From: Eledone cirrhosa
Lineage: Eukaryota
Direction: 5' to 3'
Length of the DNA: 64,000 nucleotides
Assembly: GCA_964016885.1 (NCBI GenBank)
Contig: OZ024742.1
Span: 200,694,001 to 200,758,000 of the forward strand
The notes under the pieces are model-generated. The model did not search any database. It saw only the letters and a program-made list of their open reading frames with translations, and was not told where the DNA came from. Below, piece by piece: positions 53,128 through 64,000 of the stretch. The stretch's first letter is position 1; each line of letters opens with the position of its first letter. A program made the translations under genes and the position numbers.

Positions 53128-55553
53128 CCCACCCTTATGGTATCTTATCCTCATAAAAATGAAAGGTTATGAAAATATTTGTTTCCAAACATACTGTCTG
53201 GCAAGAGTGGCTGGGAATTATGCATAATAATGCCTACTTTGTTATTCTACGGTACACACATTTACATAAACACAATCACCCCCACCACCACACAGGCACA
53301 GACTCATATATATATATGTATAAATATTTATATATATCATATATAAATTATATATATATACATATATATGTATGTGTGTATATATATCCAATGATGTCGA
53401 CTTGTTATTCTTTTTGGTAAATATCATGTTGGTTAAGAGAGTGGGACTGGCTTTGTGCAGTGCCTTTGCTCACTATAAAAGCTTCACGGCACAGGCATTT
53501 CTTTATATCTGGAGATCTCTCTGCACTTGTCGTCACATGGTGCCATGGGCCCAGCACTATGTGTCAATAATTGTCACAGGTGTAGTGTTTGTACCAGAGT
53601 TTTCAAGTCGCTGGCTGGACTAAAAACTCACACTTGTTTAGCGCATCGGTAGGGGTTCTCCTACATGGATATAAAGTAGTGGCCGTACTCGAAAACGAGT
53701 TGGCAGCCACAATATATATATATATATGCGTAAAGGGAGTGCGAGAAAGAGGAGAAGAAAGTGAGGTGGAAACATCCCAAATGTGTTCAGCATCAATATA
53801 AACAGAAAACAATACAAATACAAATAACAAAAATACAACCTACAAAGAAAACAAAATACAATACAGAAAAACAAAATTAAAATAATATAAAAACCTTTTA
53901 AATACTTTTAATTTTCAGACAAAGAGACTGAAGCTATGACTCGACTCCTTACAATATGTTTCGTTGGAGGAGTGTAAGTAATAAAATAAAATGTTGCATA
54001 TTACTAGGGCTGTTATTTTGATTATCGTGCCATCTGACAGTAATAGGGTACGGACCTGTCCGTCAGAGGTTACCTCAGGTTATATAAATACATATATATA
54101 CACTCATATTTACAACCTAACAAGCACATATATACACATACATACATACATACATACATACACAGATACACACGTGCATACATGGACATGCACACACACA
54201 CGCACACACATTATTCCTGAAGAAGGACTTAAGCCCGACACGTCGAACATCCTTTCCTCTTTCCAATATAAAGCGTGAAACTAATAAGACTTTGTGTACG
54301 GCTGTTTCTTGTCACTTTGAACTATATATCTATCATCGGTTCTAAGTATATATATATAGAAGAGCTTCTACAGGACTAGAACTGTTTCATTTGTGAGAAA
54401 TCATCAGGAGCGCATCAGGCTCCCTGATGATTTCTCACGAATGAAACAGTTCTAGTCCTTTAGAAGCTCTTCTATATTAAAACTTTTATACTTTGATATG
54501 TATTGAGTACCTTAGTTACTGTGGTTACCTCCGACTCAACCCGGAATTACTTATATATATATATATATATATAAAAGGAACGATCGACTTTCGTCAAATC
54601 GGACCGAGGGAACAGTGTTTCCGTTGGTCTTTCCAATTGCTAATACTATCTATCGGTCGCAACTCCAGGTAGAAGGAGCAACGTGAAATAAAGTGTCTTC
54701 CTCAAGGACATAACGCATCGCCTGGTCCAGGAATCGAACTCACAACCTTACGATTGCGAATCCAATTCTCTAACCACTCAGCCACACGGCTTCACACACG
54801 CATATATATATACACTTATGCACGTACATATAGAGTAGAAAAATTAGCTATGGATTTTAGCTAATCCAAAATCATTGGATGTTAGCTGAAACAACACGGA
54901 AGCATCAATGGGGTCCGTTTGTTTCAAGAAGACTTGACCCTGTCCTTCGTTGCTGATATACTTGACGTGTCAGAAAAGACAGCTTGAAGTCACTCAACCT
55001 TTTATAAACCCATATATCATAACTATTTCTATCATAACCGACCCAGAAATGTAACCTCTTGTAATATGATAAATGAAAGAAATCAATCTTCAGATCGAGC
55101 CAAAAAAAAAAAACACATTTGTAATTACTTATTCGATATTTAAAAGAACAAAATCAACAACAAAAATAGACGTAACTGAATGCTTCAAAACATTTAATCC
55201 GAAGCATTTATTGTTACAACATCGGAAATAAAGTTAAGCTCAACTACACCACTAGAAATAGCAGACTGCCCACTTTCTACCACCTCACCAAGACCCACAA
55301 GAATAGTACTAAGACGCAAATAAGGCCCATCGTCTCTAGCATAGAAGGACCCCTATACAAAATTTCCTGTCTCCTCTCCCAGGTCCTCAAGCCTCTACTC
55401 TCCACCGTTCCTGGGCATGTCAGTAGCTCTGTCGAAGTTATACGTAGACTACACCAACTCCAGCCAGAACAACTTAAACTAAATAGATACACCTTTAGCC
55501 TCGACGTTGTCTTCCTCTACACTACAGTCCCCGCTCATCCAGCTGTCAATTTA

Positions 55554-56702
55554 TTGACGGACTGCGTGGTCACAGAGGACATCCACTGCTACGGCCTCCA
55601 TCCGACGGACATACACCAGCTTTTGTCCTTCACGGTAGACTACACGTACTTCACCTTCCACCACCACACATACAGACATACAACAGGATTACCCATGGGA
55701 TCCAGCCTATCGGGCCTGCTGGCCATCACCTATATGAACCAGCTAGAATGCCGAGACTTCAACACCTGCCATTCCCATATCTTCTTCACCCGATATGTAG
55801 ATGACATACTCATTCTTACATCATCCCGTGAGGAGGCAGATAAAATATACACAACATTCTCCAGCATGGACGCCAGTATAAAGTTCAGCATGGAACACCC
55901 CGATGACCGCGGATCCCTATCCCTACTGGACTTCCAACTCAGGGTAACAGAGGAAGGCAACATCCACACCTGCTTCTATAAAAAGGCTGCCAGCAGGGGC
56001 CTGTTCATACATTTCAGATCGGCCCTCCCAGCCGGCGCTAAGTTCGGATACATAAGGAACGAACTAACACGTATCCGGAACAAATGCACCGACGCTAGAG
56101 ACCGAGACACACACACCACACATTTCCTGGAAGTACCCAAACTGAATGGATACACGACATCCACCACAAACCGTGCCAGAAAGAACAGAGGACACCACAC
56201 CCGAGGCTCTAACACTTGCTTCCTGAAGCTCCCACACTTCAGTAACGAAACAACAACAGCCATCCGCAGAGCTATCAGACGAGAGGGACTGGATATCCAA
56301 CTGGCCCACTCAGGTCCTTCTCTACGCGGACAGCTAACCAAAAGACACTCCACCAGACATGACAACTGCTGCAGGCTAGCCAACTGCGCCATCAACGACA
56401 CAGACCTATGCCACCAGGCTTACGTCGTATACAGACTAGAGTGTGACAAATGCAGCAACTTCTACGTAGGTAGCACCACCAGACCACTCCACATAAGAAT
56501 AAAAGAACACCTCAATACTAACGCTTCCTCAGTTAAGAAACACCTAGTTAAATGCAAAAGCACCGACAAAACCATAACAGTTAGGATAGAAACTAAGGAA
56601 AGAAACCTCGGCAATCTTAGAATTAAGGAAGCACTAATTATAGACAAAACACTACCACCAATCAATAATAGACTAGAACTCAACACCCAATTTATAAATT
56701 GA
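55554..56702 (+). CDS. PLE reverse transcriptase (C-terminal part), thumb and GIY-YIG endonuclease; frameshifted from upstream RT motifs, so probably non-functional
   Basis: GLPMGSSLSGLLA, FTRYVDD, LSLLDF, VVYRLECDKCSNFYVGSTTRPLHIRIKEH, LRIKEALII..PPINNR. Confidence 0.9.
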   Translation: MTDCVVTEDIHCYGLHPTDIHQLLSFTVDYTYFTFHHHTYRHTTGLPMGSSLSGLLAITYMNQLECRDFNTCHSHIFFTRYVDDILILTSSREEADKIYTTFSSMDASIKFSMEHPDDRGSLSLLDFQLRVTEEGNIHTCFYKKAASRGLFIHFRSALPAGAKFGYIRNELTRIRNKCTDARDRDTHTTHFLEVPKLNGYTTSTTNRARKNRGHHTRGSNTCFLKLPHFSNETTTAIRRAIRREGLDIQLAHSGPSLRGQLTKRHSTRHDNCCRLANCAINDTDLCHQAYVVYRLECDKCSNFYVGSTTRPLHIRIKEHLNTNASSVKKHLVKCKSTDKTITVRIETKERNLGNLRIKEALIIDKTLPPINNRLELNTQFIN

Positions 56703-57078
56703 TAGAGCTTCTAGCCCCATATTTACCCCCCCTCCCCCCACACGCTTACACCTCCACTTATTCTCTCTCACACACACACATACACACACAAAGACCAGTT
56801 CTAACACGAGATAACATCTATCCCCCACATTTACGTATAGACATATCTTCTCACTCACACACACACACACTCACATACTTACACCTTCATGCATTCTCCC
56901 ACACACTTAAACAGGCATGTACAAAAAAACAAAAAAAAAAACCTTTTTAAGGGGAGACTACTCTTTATCCACCTAACCTTAACTCTTTGACATTAGAGAT
57001 AGAACAGATACTCTATACCATTTCCTGTCAGCATGACTTGGCAAACTATTTAGAACACTGGTTTAACCGCTTTACTTC

Positions 57079-57113
57079 CCTCCGAAGAAGAGATATTATC
57101 TCGAAAATTAAGG
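57079..57113 (+). ncRNA. Minimal hammerhead in the pLTR of PLE 4 (core variant CCGAAGA)
   Basis: CCU-CCGAAGA-aGAGAU-AUU-AUCUC-GAAA-AU-UA^AGG. Confidence 0.6.
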
Positions 57114-57257
57114 ACATTTAAATAAATCTAAGGTAAAAGACTAATTGTCAACAAGATCTTTTGCATTTGCATTCTTTATTCTATGTCCATACCAGCATTG
57201 TTTTGGCTTTATTATACATATACAAACGTTTATATATATATATATATTTTTTTTCTC

Positions 57258-58077
57258 AACCTGTTAGTTCTATCGTTACTTTGGTATATTATTGTGTGTT
57301 AGATTTTGCCTACCACAATGTTCGATTTGTCAAGCTATTTAAACGTATGTTATTTCTCCAAGGACCTAACTTATCGAGTGCTTTGCTAACTCATCATTTC
57401 ATATAAGTAGGCCGAATTTGCTTGCAAACCGCCAGAGATTCGATTTTACTAAATTTCCAATTATATTATTCTCCTAGATTTAATAATTAAATAATTAATT
57501 TAATTAGACAATTCTGTTGATTGGTTAATAATTTGAGTTTGTTTTATAACATCTAGTCGAGAGCTTATCATGTTGATTAGCGGAAATTAAATATTTCCTT
57601 TGTCTAACATTTTGAATGACCCGCCAAAAACCGGGGGTTATTTCCCTTGCTGGAATTAACACGTGACAGCTATAGATACGATACGCTGCATTTAGCAGCA
57701 ACATTTAGCTTATCACCCCTGTTCTGGGTAGAACGAAAATCCTGTTGAAAAACTGAATCCTCCGTTCGATCATGAATACCACGAGCTTGCCATTCACGTA
57801 AGTCTGATTTTTGATTTCGGATTCAAAGAAACACTTTAAACGTATAATCGTTTGATTTGTCCAGGTGTATTTTTCTTAACCTGTAAGTTCTATCGTTACT
57901 TTGGTATATTATTGTGTGTTAGATTTTGCCTACCACAATGTTCGATTTGTCAAGCTATTTAAACGTATGTTATTACTCCAAGGACCTAACTTATCGAGTG
58001 CTTTGCTATCTCATCATTTCATATAAGTAGGCTGAATTTGCTTGCAAACCGCCAGAGATTCGATTTTGCTAAATTTC

Positions 58078-58085
<8 letters not shown>
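57258..58085. repeat. ~205-bp direct repeats (57258-57465 / 57878-58085), period 620 bp, between (TA)n tracts
   Basis: AACCTGT(T/A)AGTTCTATCGTTAC...CTAAATTTC.AATTATAT occurs twice with few SNPs. Confidence 0.85.
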
Positions 58086-58152
<67 letters not shown>

Positions 58153-58235
58153 CATATCATAGATTGAGTTATAATCTCAAAATAGTCTTTTACAATCAAA
58201 TAGCTCAAAAAAGGGAATCTTTCCGAGCCCTGTAA

Positions 58236-59017
58236 TATAATTGAATATATGAGAGGGATGAACACATATATAAGTATACATGTGTTCCTATTGCAAATGA
58301 CCAAGTTAGCTAGGTTGAAAAAATACTAATTTAAAACAATATGGTTTGCCTGACTCGATTTAACATAATAAATCAATAAAAATAACAAACCTAAATCGGG
58401 CAAATAGCCTATGATACCCGGACAGTCATGAATCTGTTTCGCCAGAATTATTAAGTGAAAGCTAGAATTCCTGTGCTCTTCTGCGGGTATCCAGAAAAAT
58501 TCGTACCTTTCACTTCAAAGGATCTAAGAGACTGAACGATGCGCGGGTATAAACGCACATGTTACAGCGCCTAGCGCGTCCCATACTCATGCCGCTAAAA
58601 ATAGCAGCTGGGTTTATGAGACTAAAGTTAGCTCTACATACATACGGAGCCGAGAATATCATAGATTGAGTTACACACTCAAAATAGTCTTTTACATGTG
58701 GTTTATACCCGCGCATCGTTCAGTCTTCTTAGATCCTTTGAAGTGAAAGGTACGAATTTTCCTGGATACGCACAGAAGAGCACAGGAATTCTGGCTTTCA
58801 CTTAATAATTCTTGGAAAGAGATTCATGTCTGTCCGGGTATCATAGGCTATTTGCTGATTTAGATTTGTTATTTTTATTGATATATTATGTTAAATCGAG
58901 TCAGTCAAACCATATTGTTTTAAATTAGTATTTTTCCACCTAGCTAACTTGGTCATTTGCAATTGGAACACATGTATAGTTATATTTGTGTTCATTCCTC
59001 TCATATATCCAATTATA
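58236..59017. repeat. ~318-bp diverged inverted repeat (58236-58554 / 58701-59017) between (TA)n tracts
   Basis: Reverse-complement arms with scattered substitutions; 58157-58195 is also directly duplicated at 58656-58696. Confidence 0.85.
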
Positions 59018-59031
59018 AATATATATATACG

Positions 59032-59165
<134 letters not shown>

Positions 59166-59647
59166 ATGCGATGAAATACCAATGATGGTTGGAAAATCAC
59201 TGACAAAGGACTATTTTTATCATATGTAACCCATGTACAAACCACGCAGTATTCTTCTTTCTTCTCATGTTTATTATATATATATATACGTATATATATA
59301 TTTATATATAAATAGTAAGGGTAACAAATTGGTTTTTCAAACATGTTTTATTGAAATTGAAAATAAAACATGGCATTCCTCTGCTTTAAATTAGTTATTG
59401 ACCTAGGAATTGAAAAGAATAGAATAGAAATCTACTAAACTTTCCAATGAATTTATTTCAACATTTATTTTCAACTAACATTATTAAAAAAATAAAACGA
59501 TTAAAAAAAATAGTAAAACACATGATACAGAACTACACACTGTGCACACAGCAGACAATACATTCTACATAATATAGATAAAATGTACATAAGACCCAAT
59601 AAAACCAATAAACATTCACACAGGGGCGCAGATAGACGCACCCGCCC

Positions 59648-59686
<39 letters not shown>

Positions 59687-59858
59687 TATTCCTATGCATA
59701 CACACACACACACACACACTTATATATATATATATATGCTTTTATAGATATAATCATGAGGTTAACTTTGCCTTTCATTCTTACAGGGTCGATGAAATAA
59801 AGTACCAGTGTACACTGGCATAATTGCTGAGGAGAAACTATTATACATATACACACAC

Positions 59859-59920
<62 letters not shown>

Positions 59921-59960
59921 GATATTAAATAAATGGAAACTATATTTATAAAACCATATT

Positions 59961-60026
59961 TATTTCACTATATATATTTCAGGGATATCATATTAAAAAT
60001 ATGGTATGCCTTCTTCAGACAAAATA
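59961..60026 (-). ncRNA. Family C hammerhead
   Basis: UAUUUUGU-CUGAAGA-AGGcAUACCAUAUU/AAUAUGaUAUcCCU-GAAA-UAUAUA-UA^GUGAAAUA. Confidence 0.65.
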
Positions 60027-60212
60027 CAATATAAACAGTCTTATAAATAGATAGATTTGACATACCTTACAACTTCAACTTCCATTTAAAAAGTTGATTT
60101 GGTAGTGAAAAATGTTAGGGACAGTTATAAAAAGAAAGAAAGAAAAAAAGCGAAGAAAAAGAAGAAATGCATGCAACTAAACAGAGAGAGATAGATATAG
60201 AGAGATAGATAG

Positions 60213-60244
<32 letters not shown>

Positions 60245-60409
60245 AAAAATAGAGAGAGATAGATATAGATAGAGATAGAGAGAAAGAAAATAGGTAGTTG
60301 GGCACCAGTTGAATGACGTATCAATGATATATTTATTTATTTATTTATTTATTTAGTTCTAGTATTAAGGTAGAGAGAGATATATGTGGTTAGGAGAGAA
60401 AACAGCCGT

Positions 60410-60545
<136 letters not shown>

Positions 60546-60562
60546 TATATATATATATATAT

Positions 60563-60595
<33 letters not shown>

Positions 60596-60663
60596 GATAT
60601 ACATTTATACATATATATATATATAATATATATATATAATATATATACATATATATATATAAT

Positions 60664-60703
<40 letters not shown>

Positions 60704-60853
60704 TGTTATATTTGGAGATGGTCAGGTTGCATGTCATTGCAAATAAAAAGAGACGCACGCAGTACACGATTCTTCACTGTGTCACTTCATATTTATTACT
60801 AATTATTGGAAAAGATACTCATATTTTTCTATTTCTTAAAGGTTGTGTCAGGC

Positions 60854-60904
<51 letters not shown>

Positions 60905-61803
60905 ATTATATATGTGTCAGGCTAAAATCTCTTTAGGCAAAAATACGGCGCAACCTTCTATTTCTATTTCCAAACTTGCTCACTGTTTCAAAACGAACTT
61001 ATATATACATATATATATATATATGTATGTATATATATACTTACATGATGCATGCTTCTACACGCATACATATACAAATATATTATGGCACAAATACGTG
61101 TGTGTACACAAATGCACCTGTATGAATTAAAATAAATATTTCAAGCTTTAAAGTCAGGTAGATCCATCGTGACAAAATGTGTAAAATGGACCCCTCCTTT
61201 ACTCACAAGTAAAATTGATTTTTTCAGCAGAGTGGATTGGAGTAACGTGAAATAAAGTGTCTTGCTCAAGGACATAACGCATCGCCCGGTCCGGGAATCG
61301 AACTCACAATCTCATGATTGCGAATCCTATTCTCTAACCACTCAGCCACACGCCTTCACCACACACATACGCATCCATACACACACCCATACACACACAC
61401 ATACACATACATACACATACACACATATATACATCATTATCCTCTTGATTTAATCACTGATATCAAAATCGATATTACTCAACAACTAGAAATCACAAAT
61501 CACAAAGTTTGTCTGTTATCCAATGATACATTTTAGACGAGGTAATTTCCGGAATCGATCGTCATCACTTCATTTAGGGATATTTCAGTATATTCCGTCG
61601 TGGTTCTTATCTGTTGGGCTTAAACCCATTCCATTCTAGTGTCATCTTATCTCGCATCTAACAAACTTTCTGCTGATGATAAATCGTAGTCTTTTTATCT
61701 ATTTACTTATGGCATTTCGTTTCTCAGTTTTCATTTCACCATTTATTTAATGCTGAAGAGTTCTAAAGAACAAGAGAGAAAGAAGTTGTATTGTATACAT
61801 ACA

Positions 61804-61835
<32 letters not shown>

Positions 61836-61863
61836 CATGTAAGTATATATATATATAAGTATA

Positions 61864-61938
<75 letters not shown>

Positions 61939-61972
61939 TATATATAAGTATATATATATATATATATATAAG

Positions 61973-62004
<32 letters not shown>

Positions 62005-62148
62005 TATGTAAGTATATATATATATATGATATGTAAGTATATATATATATATATAAGTATTTATATATATATAAGTGTTTTTATATATATACATATATAT
62101 ATATATACATTTATATATATACATATATATATATATATATACATGTAA

Positions 62149-62185
<37 letters not shown>

Positions 62186-62235
62186 TATATATATGTATAT
62201 ATATATAAGTATATATATATATATATATATATAAG

Positions 62236-62267
<32 letters not shown>

Positions 62268-62268
62268 A

Positions 62269-62307
<39 letters not shown>

Positions 62308-62335
62308 AGTATATATATATATATATGATATGTAA

Positions 62336-62378
<43 letters not shown>

Positions 62379-62422
62379 TATTTATATATATATAAGTATT
62401 TTTATATATATATATAAATATT

Positions 62423-62504
<82 letters not shown>

Positions 62505-62551
62505 AATAAATATATATATATATGAGTCTGTGTTTATATATACACACACAC

Positions 62552-62606
<55 letters not shown>

Positions 62607-64000
62607 TTTGTATTTGTACATACAGTTTTCCTCTTCATTATTCTCCATAGCAAAAAATATTTGTTTTCAATATTTCTTCTTCACAATACGTTCCCTCGAG
62701 GCATTCCTTTTTTTTTCTCCCTGTTATCTCCTTTATTATTCTAGCAGATGTGAACATGCCAACGAGTAAGCCTCCGTGTGGTTAGAAATAGTAGACAAAT
62801 TTCCGTGCGGTTATGTGAGATACGGATAAAACCCTACAAATAAAAGCCTACTGAACAATAACCCCAGCTGACAGAATGACCAGGCTGAAATCCACAAGGA
62901 TAAATCCTCACATTACCACAGAACAAAAAAAAATAATAAATAAAACAGTACTAACTCGAACAAAAACTCATCACAGATATTTATAACTAATATTAAAAGA
63001 TGTAATTAATTGACATCAGAAGAGGGTCGGACGCCATGCTTTGCAGCAAAGAGTAACAGCCCTTTGTGGTCTGAGTTCAAACCCCGCCGAGGTTAACTTT
63101 GCCTTTCATCCTTACAGGTTCGATAAAATAAAGTACCAGTAATACACTGGGATAATTGCTGGCCTTGTGCCAAAAGTAGAAACAATTATATGGAGGAAAC
63201 TAAAACTATATAATCATGAACAGATAACGTTGATGTTTTTTTTTTACGTGGGCGTTTGTCTGGCGCATATTGTTTCTCGTGTTTTTTCTCCTGTGGAGAT
63301 TTTCTCCTGTGGTTTCGGTGCGGTAATAATCCACAGTGAGAGTTTCGGGAAAAAAATCTGTATATATTAGAAAATGACGTTAGTGAAAAATAAATATATT
63401 AAGAAATATCTAATATATATTTGTGAAATGGGTGGTGGTTGAAATTCAGATGTACACGGTTAAATGGTAGTAGACGTCGTCAGACTGACATGAAAATTTA
63501 CACACCTATGTAAAAAGGGCTAAGGAAGCAAATAGACGAGATTTCAAATCTCTATCGCGTTCGGTGAGTTATATGCATGTATTTATGTGTTTATATGAGC
63601 GGGGGTATGCAAGTATATCTTACTTTGTGGACAGCTTATCCTTAGCATAATATTCATGCTAGAACAGCATATATTTGAAAGTTTTCAGGGAGTTGAATTA
63701 CTGATTTTGGATCGGCAGCTTTAGCGGGGATGAATCTTCTTTGCATTTTTCCATCTCTTTCTTTCTCTCTGGAAGAAATCAGCCGTAGTAAGACCTAAAA
63801 AAATGGTTAGATACAACTTGACGCACCGTGCATCACGGTGGAGTTGAAAAGCAGACTCAGAACATGGCGTTGTATGGGGTGGCTCGCAACCCAATGTTTC
63901 AGGGGGAGCAGAAGAAGAAGAAGAAGAAGAAGAAGAAGAAGAAGAAGAAGAAGAAGAAGAAGAAGAAGAAGAAGAAGAAGAAGAAGAAGAAGAAGAAGAA

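Larger units (their letters stand above)
55250..57235 (+). mobile_element. Penelope-like element 4, 5'-truncated, with RT, GIY-YIG, 3' UTR and pLTR
   Basis: PTFYHLTKTHK..IRPIVS and FSLDVVFLYT upstream of a frameshift near 55550, then ORF 55554-56702. Confidence 0.92.

Overview
This is AT-rich, repeat-dominated eukaryotic genomic DNA, most likely from an octopod cephalopod (judged from recognised tRNA-derived SINE families and dense TA/CA microsatellites; not verifiable without a search). The only host gene evidence is one minus-strand exon (2030-1830) of a nicotinic acetylcholine receptor-like Cys-loop channel subunit, and the gene runs off the left end. The remaining ~62 kb holds four Penelope-like retroelements (RT and/or GIY-YIG), a decayed RTE LINE, mariner/Tc1/hAT remnants, SINEs and simple repeats. 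The most striking signal is roughly 30-35 hand-folded type I hammerhead ribozyme (HHR) motifs, some degenerate, in at least five sequence families. Most sit in short fold-back elements embedded in (TA)n tracts. One is a near-perfect 466-bp tandem array (23648-25420) with one HHR and an octamer/TATA module per unit, a candidate non-LTR retrozyme / self-cleaving circular-RNA system with dispersed, covarying sister copies. Almost all other ORFs in the supplied track are microsatellite artefacts. All folds and coordinates were derived by eye.
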